Origin: a virus
Taxonomy: Duplodnaviria; Caudoviricetes
Reading direction: 5' to 3' (one strand)
Virus record (IMG/VR): IMGVR_UViG_3300037295_000263
Span: 128,001-192,000 of that record
DNA length: 64,000 bases
The notes under the pieces are model-generated. The model was not told the origin of the DNA. It was given only the letters and a program-made list of their open reading frames with translations, and searched no databases. Made by a program: the position numbers and the translations under genes. Below are positions 19,803-30,051 of this stretch, piece by piece (within the stretch, counting starts at the first letter, position 1; every line of letters begins with the position of its first letter).

Positions 19803-20723
19803 ATGAAAATTTTAATAACAGGAACTTCAGGGTTCATCGGTTCGCATTTGTCAACGTTTCTGGCAGTGAACAATGCAGTACACTCGCTAACGAGCGATTT
19901 GCTAGACCATGCAGCAGTACAAGAAGAAGTAAAATCTATATCTCCCGATATCATTGTACACTTGGCAGCAAGAACAGAAGTAGAAAAAAGCTTTTACGAA
20001 CAAGTAACATTTAGCGAAATAAATTATGTAGGCACAGTCAATCTAATTGAAGCTGCTGCCAAAGTAAAAAATTTAAAAAACTTTGTATTCGCTAGTACTA
20101 TGGAAGTATACGGGTGGCAGCCAATTAGCGACGAAGTTCAGTCACATAGTATTCCACAGACATTTATTTCATTCGATGAAAATACTCAGCCTAATCCGAA
20201 TGCTCCGTATTCTGTAGCTAAGTATGCTTGTGAAAAATATTTACAGTATGCCCATAGATGCTTAGGACTCCCGTTTACAATTATACGTCAAACAAATGCA
20301 TACGGTCGCAGAGATAATGTATTTTTTGTAACTGAACAAATTATTACACAAATGCTAAATTGTCCTACTGAAATAAATCTAGGATACTCCGAACCTTATA
20401 GAAATTTTATTTTTATCACCGACTTATTAGCAGCATGGCAAGTAGTTGTTGGCAACCCCGCGAAAGTTAATGACGGCAAAATTTTTACCATCGGGCCTGA
20501 CAATCCTATCAAAATACGAGACTACGCTAATCTAATTGCTAAAAAGCTAAATTGGAATGGGCAAATTAATTGGGACACTAAACCGCATCGTCCAGGAGAA
20601 ATATTTTGGTTAAATAGCAATCATAACTTGATTACAGAGCTTACCGGGTGGAAACCTGAAGTTAGCTTAGATACCGGACTAGATTTAACTATCGACATTT
20701 GGAAACAAAAAATTAAAAAATGA
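19803..20723 (+). CDS. NAD-dependent nucleotide-sugar epimerase/dehydratase
   Basis: GTSGFIG, HLAA, STMEVYG, YSVAK, N.YG. Confidence 0.92.
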   Translation: MKILITGTSGFIGSHLSTFLAVNNAVHSLTSDLLDHAAVQEEVKSISPDIIVHLAARTEVEKSFYEQVTFSEINYVGTVNLIEAAAKVKNLKNFVFASTMEVYGWQPISDEVQSHSIPQTFISFDENTQPNPNAPYSVAKYACEKYLQYAHRCLGLPFTIIRQTNAYGRRDNVFFVTEQIITQMLNCPTEINLGYSEPYRNFIFITDLLAAWQVVVGNPAKVNDGKIFTIGPDNPIKIRDYANLIAKKLNWNGQINWDTKPHRPGEIFWLNSNHNLITELTGWKPEVSLDTGLDLTIDIWKQKIKK

Positions 20724-21403
20724 CTACTAAAAACTGGAAACCTTATCTCAAGTTAGGTGCTAACGGTTTTCCGTGCATGGCACAGCAGACGTATGAACCA
20801 CTAGTAAGCCCTGACGGAGATACATTTTGTAAAAATTATAACTTTCCAAATAACTATCAGTATTTAGAAACTAAAGATAGACCGTTATATACTCAAGAAG
20901 TAGTTGACTGGTTTTTCCAAAACGAAGTAAGATGGATTGAATATTTTAAAAACAAACCATACAGTCCTGAAATAATCGACATTGATTTCAAACGTAAAAA
21001 AATATTCTTAAAATGGTATAAAGAATCGTGCAACCAAGTAATGTTTTCCGGCAGAAGTTGGCCTACTGAATGGCTAGATAAAATAAAAAATATAATTCTA
21101 GACCAGTATGCTACAGGAGTGTATAAATTAACCATGTATCCACATTGTCACTATATCGACAGTCACGACAACATGCGAGCAATCGATTGGTACGGATGTG
21201 TGTTAGTGGCAAATCCGTACATAGAAGAAAAATACATGCAAGGGATTATTCACGAAACTGCACAATTTCGATTAGATGAAACAGGATCTGCTATCGATAA
21301 TAAACTAAATTTAGAGATTATGTTTAAAAGAAGTTTAGGACAACATGTTATGTGGGGAGAACAAAACATGAGTTATATATACAAGGAATTATTCGATGCC
21401 TAA
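20720..21403 (+). CDS. Protein-kinase-like fold protein with degenerate motifs
   Basis: FQNEV...PEIIDID...KLTMYP...AIDWY; paralog of 32349-33047. Confidence 0.45.
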   Translation: MTTKNWKPYLKLGANGFPCMAQQTYEPLVSPDGDTFCKNYNFPNNYQYLETKDRPLYTQEVVDWFFQNEVRWIEYFKNKPYSPEIIDIDFKRKKIFLKWYKESCNQVMFSGRSWPTEWLDKIKNIILDQYATGVYKLTMYPHCHYIDSHDNMRAIDWYGCVLVANPYIEEKYMQGIIHETAQFRLDETGSAIDNKLNLEIMFKRSLGQHVMWGEQNMSYIYKELFDA

Positions 21404-21977
21404 GTTTATTTGCAATACTAATAATTTTATAAACTGGAATAATTTTATAGAAACTATCGACTATCACGGCAGTGTTATGCCTAACTTCTTATTTGATGTG
21501 TCAAAAACTATAGAAGAAAATTTAGTTATAGAAGTACCAGAAGGAAAAGGATTGCCTACTGATGATTACACATCCATCGAAAACACTACTCGGTCTCCAT
21601 TTAACTGGCATTCGGTAAATTGGACTGACTATAACTTAGAACACTCTGCAATCGTTGACAAGATTTCTTTATATTTAGAAGTAAATGTGCTGCGATCATT
21701 TGTTTCAAAAGTAGATCCCGGTATCTGTGTTCCGTTGCACTGGGACATCGGAGATGTACAATTTAGGACCAAGGATAACTTAGATAAAATATTCAGATAT
21801 ACTTGTTTCATACGTCCGCCTGTAGCAGGACAGACATTTTCGGTCGATCAGCATTGCTTTTATAACGAAAAAGAAGGAAACTTGTACGAGTGGAACCACT
21901 ACACCGATGTGCATTCTACATTCAATGCCAGCACAGAACCACATTATATATTCCATCTAGTAGGCGAGAAAAAATGA
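21396..21977 (+). CDS. AspH-like 2OG-Fe(II) oxygenase
   Basis: PLHWD...VHSTFN facial triad. Confidence 0.75.
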   Translation: MPKFICNTNNFINWNNFIETIDYHGSVMPNFLFDVSKTIEENLVIEVPEGKGLPTDDYTSIENTTRSPFNWHSVNWTDYNLEHSAIVDKISLYLEVNVLRSFVSKVDPGICVPLHWDIGDVQFRTKDNLDKIFRYTCFIRPPVAGQTFSVDQHCFYNEKEGNLYEWNHYTDVHSTFNASTEPHYIFHLVGEKK

Positions 21978-22561
21978 AAATTAAATTAATAGGAAATACT
22001 GCAGACTTAATCGATTGGGATCGTATTATATTAACATGTCAAGAGAATTTCGAAAATTCCGACAAAAATACGGTTACCTCAGTAGTAGACCGAAGTGAGG
22101 CTGGAGATTCAACAGAAGACAATTGGTTATTAGATAATTACCGATCTGTAATTGGTAATTGGAAAAATGCAGGATATAACTTATCAGAAATAGTGTGGTA
22201 CGACTATTATCCAGGGCAACACTTTCCGATGGAGATACAGGAAGTATTTTCTAAATTTGTCGGAGCTGAACCGTTGCGTGTTTTTATTAGCGAAGTTCTT
22301 CCAGGCGCAGTTATTCCTTATCACTGGGACGTGGAAGATAAAGAACAAGAATGGCTTGCAAATTATGGACAATTGTACAGATATGTATGTTGCATAGATA
22401 AACCCAAAACTGGTGCTGGGCTGTTTTTCGATGAAGATTACTTATATCTTAATAAACAAGGAGATGTTTACGAATGGGCCAATTATAAAGATCATCATTC
22501 TAGTGCAAATTCAGGGGAGCATCCATCATATTACTTCCACTTTTTAGGATACAAAAAATGA
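21974..22561 (+). CDS. AspH-like 2OG-Fe(II) oxygenase
   Basis: PYHWD...HHSSAN; start moved to ATG 21974. Confidence 0.75.
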   Translation: MKIKLIGNTADLIDWDRIILTCQENFENSDKNTVTSVVDRSEAGDSTEDNWLLDNYRSVIGNWKNAGYNLSEIVWYDYYPGQHFPMEIQEVFSKFVGAEPLRVFISEVLPGAVIPYHWDVEDKEQEWLANYGQLYRYVCCIDKPKTGAGLFFDEDYLYLNKQGDVYEWANYKDHHSSANSGEHPSYYFHFLGYKK

Positions 22562-23106
22562 AATATATTGGAAATTGTAGTAACATTATTGATTGGGATA
22601 CTGTTATATCCAGTTTCGAATTTGCAACTCCTTCTTATGTAGGACCTAGCCACAAAAAAGGCGACAACATTCCTGGATTAGACGAAGTTGCTGACTTATG
22701 GGAACGAGCAAAATTTAGAACAGTTCACGACGACTCTAATGGTACTGTGGGATGGGATATGTTTTTATCTGGAAAAGATTTTGACGAAAGAATCACAGAG
22801 AAATTTTTAAATTTTGTAAACGTTCCTGGATACACTTCTTGTTGGATAAGCAGAATTAATATAGGAAAGATGGCTCCGTGGCATTGGGACGTAAATGATA
22901 ACGAAGAACAATTATCAAAAGAACCTGAAAAGAAAAGATTTCACTGTCATATAGGTAAACCTCAACACGGGCATGTCTTTTTACTAGAAGACCAGTGCTT
23001 TTATAATCAAAAACAAGGAGCAACTTACGAATGGTCTGCAAGAACATTGTGGCATGCAGGTATGAATTCCGGATTAACTCCCAAATACATTTTAAACTTA
23101 TGGTAA
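22558..23106 (+). CDS. AspH-like 2OG-Fe(II) oxygenase
   Basis: PWHWD...WHAGMN. Confidence 0.75.
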   Translation: MKYIGNCSNIIDWDTVISSFEFATPSYVGPSHKKGDNIPGLDEVADLWERAKFRTVHDDSNGTVGWDMFLSGKDFDERITEKFLNFVNVPGYTSCWISRINIGKMAPWHWDVNDNEEQLSKEPEKKRFHCHIGKPQHGHVFLLEDQCFYNQKQGATYEWSARTLWHAGMNSGLTPKYILNLW

Positions 23107-23110
23107 CATT

Positions 23111-23713
23111 ATGATGGTTGAAAAAGAAATATTAAATATGCCCCGCATTTCTGTTTTTACTAACGTACTAAGCGACGAAGAATCTGACTACATTGTCGAC
23201 AAATATTCTAAAATAGGATTGAATCCAGTAGCAGGTATGGAATCGAGACAGCAAACGTATGGGCAAATTACAGAAGAAGTAGAACAACGTAGCATTAGTT
23301 GGGACACTTCAATAGAAGATAAAGATTTATTTAAAAATAAGTTGTTGCAAGCAGTAGGAATTCCAGTAAGTCATATCGAAGCTGGTGATATTTACAAATA
23401 CGATCCAGGGCAGGAATTCGGTCCACACCATGATTTTCCATACGTTCCGAAAAAAGTTCCTTATTATCAAAATGGTGGTGACAGAGCTGCTACTGCAATA
23501 TTTTGGCTTAATGACGGGTATACTGGAGGGGAGCTAATTTTTCCATTATTAGATATTCGAATAACTCCAGTCAAGAATGGATTAGTGTATTTTGAATACG
23601 ATTACGATGACGAAATATTAAACATGTCGACATGGCATAAAGCACTGAGTGTTAGGCATAATCCAAAATGGATTGCAGCATTTTTCTGTGCCAATGGCCC
23701 TCGTGTAGAGTAA
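23111..23713 (+). CDS. Prolyl-4-hydroxylase-like 2OG-Fe(II) oxygenase
   Basis: PHHD, RAATAIFWLND...GGELIFP, WHKA...KW. Confidence 0.85.
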   Translation: MMVEKEILNMPRISVFTNVLSDEESDYIVDKYSKIGLNPVAGMESRQQTYGQITEEVEQRSISWDTSIEDKDLFKNKLLQAVGIPVSHIEAGDIYKYDPGQEFGPHHDFPYVPKKVPYYQNGGDRAATAIFWLNDGYTGGELIFPLLDIRITPVKNGLVYFEYDYDDEILNMSTWHKALSVRHNPKWIAAFFCANGPRVE

Positions 23714-23714
23714 T

Positions 23715-24734
23715 ATGTATCCTAGTAAATCTTCAGTAATACATATTGAGCTTACTGACAAGTGTCAAGCTAGTTGTCCTATGTGTGCTAGAAATATCAA
23801 CGGAGGTGCCGAAAGAAACTTTGTTGGCAACAATGAAATTACACTTTCCCAGTTTAAAGCATGGTTTCCTGCAGAATTTTTATCTAACGTAGTTAATTTT
23901 TATGCTTGCGGAAATTACGGAGACCCTATTATTGCTAAAGACTGTTTGGAAATTTTTGAATATGTCAGAAGTGTTAACAACGAATGCCGATTATCTATCC
24001 ATACAAACGGTAGTGCTAGGTCTACAGAATGGTGGAAGAAATTAGCAAACGTGTTAGGCGATCACCATATGGTAACATTTGGAATCGATGGATTCTCTGA
24101 TAGTCATAAATTATATCGCAGAGGAACAGATTGGCATAAAATTATTGAAAATGCATGTGCATTTATTAGTGTCGGAGGTAAAGCAGAAATAGATTGTTTA
24201 GTTTTCAAGCATAACGAAAACGAAGTAGACGAATTCAAAAGACAAATGCTCGAGAAGGGATTCTTTAAAGTAAATTTAAAATATACAAGAAGGTTCTATG
24301 ACATGCTAGCATTTCCTGTTCAAGATAAATCTGGTAACTTTGAATACAATCTCGAGCCGGCAAGTTTTAAACAGAATGTACAATTTATACCTCTTGAAAA
24401 AATTAGTAAAGATATTAAAATATGGGAACGTACTGTTGAGGCTTCGGAAATATCTCCTAAATGCATCAGTAATAACGAAATGTACATCGATGCTCGCGGC
24501 AACGTGTTTCCTTGTTGCTGGATCGGTTCTGATTTAATAGAGGAACCGATTGTAGAAAAAATGCCAATTCAAAAATTGAGAAATTTAGTAGTAGAAAATT
24601 CTAAAGATAAATTTTCAAAATATGCAATGGGTAATCTTAATGAAACAGAAATTTCAAAAATTATTTGGTATAACTTCGACAGCTTTATAAAAAATGAAAA
24701 ACCTTGGACTTGTGTGAAAAATTGTAATGGATAA
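23715..24734 (+). CDS. Radical SAM/SPASM-like protein
   Basis: CQASCPMC, GNYGDP, C-terminal C...YIDARGNVFPCC...C..C. Confidence 0.9.
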   Translation: MYPSKSSVIHIELTDKCQASCPMCARNINGGAERNFVGNNEITLSQFKAWFPAEFLSNVVNFYACGNYGDPIIAKDCLEIFEYVRSVNNECRLSIHTNGSARSTEWWKKLANVLGDHHMVTFGIDGFSDSHKLYRRGTDWHKIIENACAFISVGGKAEIDCLVFKHNENEVDEFKRQMLEKGFFKVNLKYTRRFYDMLAFPVQDKSGNFEYNLEPASFKQNVQFIPLEKISKDIKIWERTVEASEISPKCISNNEMYIDARGNVFPCCWIGSDLIEEPIVEKMPIQKLRNLVVENSKDKFSKYAMGNLNETEISKIIWYNFDSFIKNEKPWTCVKNCNG

Positions 24735-26139
24735 AATATTTTGGCTGCAACCCGCTGAAAGTAAAATTGGTCAGTGGCAAAACAGGATAAAAACTTTAAG
24801 TAACAGTGATACATTTTGTGTGTTGCCATGGATTCATTTTGCTACTAGGCCAAATGGAGATATGCGACTATGTTGCAACAGCAACTCTAGTGGTGCTGGT
24901 GGAGATCATGAAATTGGATTAGTTAAAAATGAAACAGGGCGTCCTGCTAATTTTGGAAAAGAAACTCCAATGAGCGCATGGAACAACGACTATATGAAAT
25001 CAGTCAGAACAACCATGCTAAGTGGAAATATTCCGGCAAGCTGCAAAAAATGTTTCGACGAAGAATCTAAAGGAGTAGCCAGCAAGCGTATATGGGAAAC
25101 TGCAACGTGGGTTGAAGAAGGTATTAGCATTGAAGAGCTTGTTGCAGAAACACAACAAGACGGAACTGTTCCTGAAAAATTAGTCTACTTAGATCTCAGG
25201 CTGGGACATACTTGCAACTTAAAATGTATTATGTGCAGTCCGCACGATAGTAGCAAATGGGTAGCGGATCATAAGAAAGTATTTCCGTTATTTCAAAATA
25301 GCGAATTAAAAAGGCAAATGCAATGGGACCAATCATCATTTAATAATAAATGGCACGAAAATCCAGATTTTTGGAAAGAAATGTATTCTCAAATTCCTAA
25401 TCTTCGTCAAGTATATTTTGCTGGTGGCGAACCGTTAATGATTAAAGAACATAAAACATTTCTAGAAGAAATTGTGCGACAAGGCTATGCTGACAAAATA
25501 TTAATAAGGTATAATACAAACGGATTATTAATCGATGATGATATGATCGAGCTGTGGACTAAATTTAAAAAAGTAAAAGTAGGTGTGAGTATCGATGCAG
25601 TAGGAGAACGTAATCACTATATTAGATATCCAACTGACTGGAAAACAATAGTATCAACTTTACATAAGCTAGATAATAGTCCTATCAATATTCAAACTAG
25701 TATTGCAACAGCTATCCAAATACTCAACATTAAACATTTACCCGAGTTGGCAAAATGGAAAATACAACAAGGATTTAAAAAGATAAATTTTGAAAATGTC
25801 ACCGGCGGAATAGAAGCTGGCGGCGGTATATTCAATATGCATTTGTTGTATATACCTACTTACTTGAGTATACGATGTTTGCCCGAGCAAGATAAAATAG
25901 AAGTAAGAAAGAAGTTTGCAGAATTTGCAGATTGGTTATACAACAACTATAGAACTGACGAAGACTTTTGGAAAACTAACCCGTACGGATGGAAAAGGTG
26001 GCAGGCTATTTTAGATTTTATGAATAGTGAAGATCACACTCACTTACTTCCCGCCTTTCAAGAATATATCAACAAAATGGATTCTGTTAGAAAGATTAAT
26101 TGTAGCTACATATTTCCAGAGATTTCACATTTAATATGA
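24727..26139 (+). CDS. Radical SAM protein with N-terminal twitch/SPASM-like domain
   Basis: FCVLPW...RLCC...CKKC, then CNLKCIMC, AGGEP, YNTNG. Confidence 0.92.
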   Translation: MDKIFWLQPAESKIGQWQNRIKTLSNSDTFCVLPWIHFATRPNGDMRLCCNSNSSGAGGDHEIGLVKNETGRPANFGKETPMSAWNNDYMKSVRTTMLSGNIPASCKKCFDEESKGVASKRIWETATWVEEGISIEELVAETQQDGTVPEKLVYLDLRLGHTCNLKCIMCSPHDSSKWVADHKKVFPLFQNSELKRQMQWDQSSFNNKWHENPDFWKEMYSQIPNLRQVYFAGGEPLMIKEHKTFLEEIVRQGYADKILIRYNTNGLLIDDDMIELWTKFKKVKVGVSIDAVGERNHYIRYPTDWKTIVSTLHKLDNSPINIQTSIATAIQILNIKHLPELAKWKIQQGFKKINFENVTGGIEAGGGIFNMHLLYIPTYLSIRCLPEQDKIEVRKKFAEFADWLYNNYRTDEDFWKTNPYGWKRWQAILDFMNSEDHTHLLPAFQEYINKMDSVRKINCSYIFPEISHLI

Positions 26140-27128
26140 AAAAAATTATTAAAATAGACTCTAATACTCCTTCAAATTTTTTAAGAATAGAATTATTTTT
26201 AAGTAATCTTTGTAACTACAAATGTTGGTATTGTTTTCCAGGATGTAATGAAGGAACAGTAAATTGGCCGGAATTAGAATTGTTGAAAAAAAATCTCGGA
26301 CACTTACTTAAATATTATAAAGACAAACAAAATAAAGAAGTAATACTTCTGCATATCATCGGGGGCGAGCCTACATTGTGGAGTAAATTGGGGGAATTTG
26401 TTAAGTATTTTAAAGAAATACATAATTGCTTAATTAGCATTTCAACGAACGGATCTAGGACTTATAGGTGGTGGGACGAATATGGACATTATATGGACCA
26501 CATTATGTTTAGTTGTCATCATGAAAATATGGATAACAATCATATTATAAAGGTAATGGACTTGCTATATTCCAAGGACGTTAATGTGTCTGCTATGGTA
26601 TTAATGGATGCTTATCAATGGGATAAATGTGTAAGCATTGTAGAAGATTTAAAAAATAGTCAGTATCGATGGTCAATTACAGCTATTAATTTAATCACTG
26701 ACAAGTTCAAGTACACTGATGAGCAAAAAAAATATCTCGAACATGCTGATAAAAGAATGCCAGATCTTGAGTACTGGCACCGAACTAATAAACGACCACG
26801 CGAAGACTCTACTATTACGTTCGACGATGGCGAACGACTACAAGTTAACGACAATTGGGTGGCGTTAAACAATTTAAATTATTTTTATAATTGGGAATGT
26901 TCTTTGGGTATTGAAACCTTTTATATCGACACTGACGGATACATTCGAGGAGCATGCAACCAATACTTATATAATTTAGATTATCGTTATAATATTTTCG
27001 ATTCTGATTTTACAAATTTATTTAAACCAAATATTGTTCCAGTAATATGCAAACGAGCCAATGCGTGTACTTGCCAACCAGAAATTAATGCATCAAAGAA
27101 AAAAATTATTCCTATAATTGCTTCTTAG
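26136..27128 (+). CDS. Radical SAM protein with C-terminal Cys-rich domain
   Basis: CNYKCWYC, GGEPT, STNG, C...GAC...C...CTC. Confidence 0.9.
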   Translation: MKKIIKIDSNTPSNFLRIELFLSNLCNYKCWYCFPGCNEGTVNWPELELLKKNLGHLLKYYKDKQNKEVILLHIIGGEPTLWSKLGEFVKYFKEIHNCLISISTNGSRTYRWWDEYGHYMDHIMFSCHHENMDNNHIIKVMDLLYSKDVNVSAMVLMDAYQWDKCVSIVEDLKNSQYRWSITAINLITDKFKYTDEQKKYLEHADKRMPDLEYWHRTNKRPREDSTITFDDGERLQVNDNWVALNNLNYFYNWECSLGIETFYIDTDGYIRGACNQYLYNLDYRYNIFDSDFTNLFKPNIVPVICKRANACTCQPEINASKKKIIPIIAS

Positions 27129-27999
27129 TTATTGGAATATCTGCTGCACAAGTGCAATAATTCCTATCGCATATAACAGGCTCAATAGGTAAAATAAAAC
27201 TACTTTGGTAAATATTTCCCAAGCTGCCTCCGACTCTGCAAGTAGCACGATGTACATCACCATCCCAATTTATCATAAGACTTTCTATACCCGCATTGCA
27301 TGACCAGCCTTTATACTTGTTTAAATGTAATTTAATTATATCGTTGGCATGGATAGTTTGTGTTCCATCAATTACACAATTACCCTGCACGGTTGCATCT
27401 TGTTCTTTAATCCATTTTAAGTCATCTGGATGGTATCGCATATCATCAAACAAGTCGTGATCACCTTCAGTCCAGCGTATACGGCGAACGGTGCTAGGAA
27501 TTTCAGCTAGTAAACACCTAGCACGTAACTGCATTACAGCATCCATGTAATCGTGGTGTGCCATAATCTGTGCTATTACTTTTGTTTGAGTTAAATCTAC
27601 TATACTTTCTACAGTATTAAATACACGTTTCCAGTCGTACTCTAAATGAATACTAAACACTAGTTGATCAACTTTTAGACCAGCATAAAACTCATAAGGC
27701 AATGTGCCATTAGTTGTGACACTAATCCACTCAACACCTGCATGATTACAGTGGTGTATTAGTTCTTTAAATTTAGGGTGTACACAAGGTTCTCCACCTG
27801 TAAAACTTAATCGCACAGGTTTTCCCAAAGTGATGAGTTTATCTACTGTGGATTTTAAGATTTCGATATCAGTGTGTGGACTTGTGCTATCGTGTATAGA
27901 ACTAGGGCAGTAACTGCAATCGTAGTTGCAACGCTTGCCCAGGTTCCATTCAATCTTAATACTACCCTGATGTGGCCACCTGCTGGTTACACTATGCAT
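27112..27999 (-). CDS. Radical SAM protein with C-terminal Cys-rich domain
   Basis: CNYDCSYC, TGGEP, TTNG, CNAG...ATC...CDRNYCTC. Confidence 0.9.
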   Translation of the reverse strand: MHSVTSRWPHQGSIKIEWNLGKRCNYDCSYCPSSIHDSTSPHTDIEILKSTVDKLITLGKPVRLSFTGGEPCVHPKFKELIHHCNHAGVEWISVTTNGTLPYEFYAGLKVDQLVFSIHLEYDWKRVFNTVESIVDLTQTKVIAQIMAHHDYMDAVMQLRARCLLAEIPSTVRRIRWTEGDHDLFDDMRYHPDDLKWIKEQDATVQGNCVIDGTQTIHANDIIKLHLNKYKGWSCNAGIESLMINWDGDVHRATCRVGGSLGNIYQSSFILPIEPVICDRNYCTCAADIPITKKQL

Positions 28000-29308
28000 A
28001 CGGTTTAAACTCTGGTATTGTTTCTAATAAATTTTGATTCCTGGTAGCATCTAATTGGTAGTTAAATTCTAAAAAATCTGGCCACAGATTAAATTGGTCT
28101 CTGGATTCGAGATAATTTATATTATCTCGAATTTGTTGTTGTGTTATGATTTCAAGCAACGGATATTTTGTAACAGCTTCCCAGGTGTTTACTTTTAAAC
28201 TAACTGCTTTTAATCTGTCTATTGCAATTATCTTTAAATCTGCAGGTAGCACTTGTGCCGATAGACAATTTGGATAACTCACTCTATGACTGTAAAATAC
28301 AATGCCCATCTTGTTAATAAAATAATCAATGCATTCCGCAGCTTGCAATATATTTCCAGCTTGGGCGGTGAACGCACCTACTACTCTACTTACATTGGGG
28401 ATTTTTTTTATTTCTTTAATGTTCTCTTCCACTTGAGAAAAGTCACCGTTGCCGCGAATGTAATTATAAACATCATGAATGCCGTCAATGCTGACATTAA
28501 CTGCAACACTTTTGAAATGTGGCCAATAGTCATGGACGGTTCTTCCTTTACTAATGCCTAGAGTAGTTCCATTAGTAGCATATTTAATTTCGATATTTTT
28601 ACCATAGGGTTTCAACATGTCCAATATACGGTAATGTTGCGGATCCATTAATGGCTCGCCTCCTGCAAATTCTACCCTTCTAAAATAAGGTAATAATTTC
28701 TTAAAGCTATCCCACCAGTTATCACTATCGTCAAACGCTCCTATATATTGTCCAGGCGATTTAACAAGCTTTTCAATTGTAGGCACAAGGTAATTATTTT
28801 CTTTTTTATAAAAAGGAACTACTTTGTTCCAATCTTTCCAATTAGTGCTATCTAACGGATTGCACATTCGACATTTAAGATTGCACAAGTTGTTTAGTTT
28901 AATTTCCATTGTAGGAAATTCAAATGGCATCGAGTAGTCTTCTCGTAATGTATCTAAAGCATTGGGATACAAATTAATCCTAGCTTCGGGTATAATACCT
29001 TTTATGTGACGTTGACGTAGACTTTCTACTCCTTGGTCTTCTAGATCAAAACACGGTTTGCATACATCTGCACGTTCTCCGCATAAGACTTTTTTTCGTA
29101 CATCTTTAATAATGTCGTTATTCCAAATTTCTTCCAAAGTATTATCTTGAATGTTTCCAATTGGCGCACTTCGACAACAGACTTTAACAGCCCCGTCTTC
29201 CCTTGTTGCTAATCCAGTAAACGGATGCATACAAAATGTTTTACTTTGTTTGTTCAATTGCCCACTCTCTTTCTTTGCACCAAAAGCACTTTCCACATAC
29301 TGGAACAA
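27992..29308 (-). CDS. Radical SAM protein with N-terminal twitch-like domain (start uncertain)
   Basis: FCMHPF...KVCC...CKPC, CNLKCRMC, AGGEP. Confidence 0.9.
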   Translation of the reverse strand: MFQYVESAFGAKKESGQLNKQSKTFCMHPFTGLATREDGAVKVCCRSAPIGNIQDNTLEEIWNNDIIKDVRKKVLCGERADVCKPCFDLEDQGVESLRQRHIKGIIPEARINLYPNALDTLREDYSMPFEFPTMEIKLNNLCNLKCRMCNPLDSTNWKDWNKVVPFYKKENNYLVPTIEKLVKSPGQYIGAFDDSDNWWDSFKKLLPYFRRVEFAGGEPLMDPQHYRILDMLKPYGKNIEIKYATNGTTLGISKGRTVHDYWPHFKSVAVNVSIDGIHDVYNYIRGNGDFSQVEENIKEIKKIPNVSRVVGAFTAQAGNILQAAECIDYFINKMGIVFYSHRVSYPNCLSAQVLPADLKIIAIDRLKAVSLKVNTWEAVTKYPLLEIITQQQIRDNINYLESRDQFNLWPDFLEFNYQLDATRNQNLLETIPEFKPYA

Positions 29309-30011
29309 GCTGATGGTGTAGATAATTAGTATAATCTAATCCTTCAATTATGCCTTCGCAACTACGAGTAATTGACAATAAATCAGTGATTCCTAAACGG
29401 GAATATTGTTTTATAATCCAATCTTTAGTTGTAAATCTAAATGGATGACATGCAATTATACCTAAATGATTCATTATAGTCAAGTGAAAGTTTTCTTTAC
29501 AAGGTTCTGCATCTCTAGTAGGCATTCCTCCCGAAACTACAGGTGGATTTTTTGTAACAGCATTAAAGTATGCAGGAATATCGTTAGTAGTGCATACATA
29601 TTCAGTAAATGCTCTTAACTCTATGTTATCTCCACTAACTAGCTTTCCGTACTCATCTAGCATAGTCGGTCCGGTATCTCCCCATTCAAACTCCGGAGGT
29701 ATAAAATTTTTATGTAAAAAAAATTTAATATTGGTAAATCTATCATTAAAATACGTAACAACTTCTGCTGCAATATGTTGTTGCCACGGTTTTGTCTTCC
29801 ATTCTCGTATACTGTTAATGAAATGAACTTCTACTGACAAATCGAATTCTGTTATTATTTGACATATTAAAAATGCCAACATCGCACTGTCTGCGCCACC
29901 GCTTAACGCAATGCTTACTTTTTTCCAAGATTTGTCGAAAGGAATTATTTGTCCGTCTATTTCGTGCATAATTTTATTGTACGGACTATCATTATATAGT
30001 TGTTGTATCAT
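29241..30011 (-). CDS. QueC-like PP-loop ATPase
   Basis: IALSGGADS plus TRSC...CGKCFWC..R zinc motif; start moved to ATG 30011. Confidence 0.65.
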   Translation of the reverse strand: MIQQLYNDSPYNKIMHEIDGQIIPFDKSWKKVSIALSGGADSAMLAFLICQIITEFDLSVEVHFINSIREWKTKPWQQHIAAEVVTYFNDRFTNIKFFLHKNFIPPEFEWGDTGPTMLDEYGKLVSGDNIELRAFTEYVCTTNDIPAYFNAVTKNPPVVSGGMPTRDAEPCKENFHLTIMNHLGIIACHPFRFTTKDWIIKQYSRLGITDLLSITRSCEGIIEGLDYTNYLHHQLVPVCGKCFWCKEREWAIEQTK

Positions 30012-30051
30012 GATAATATTTACACAGGATCGACAGTGCATAAATATTTTC

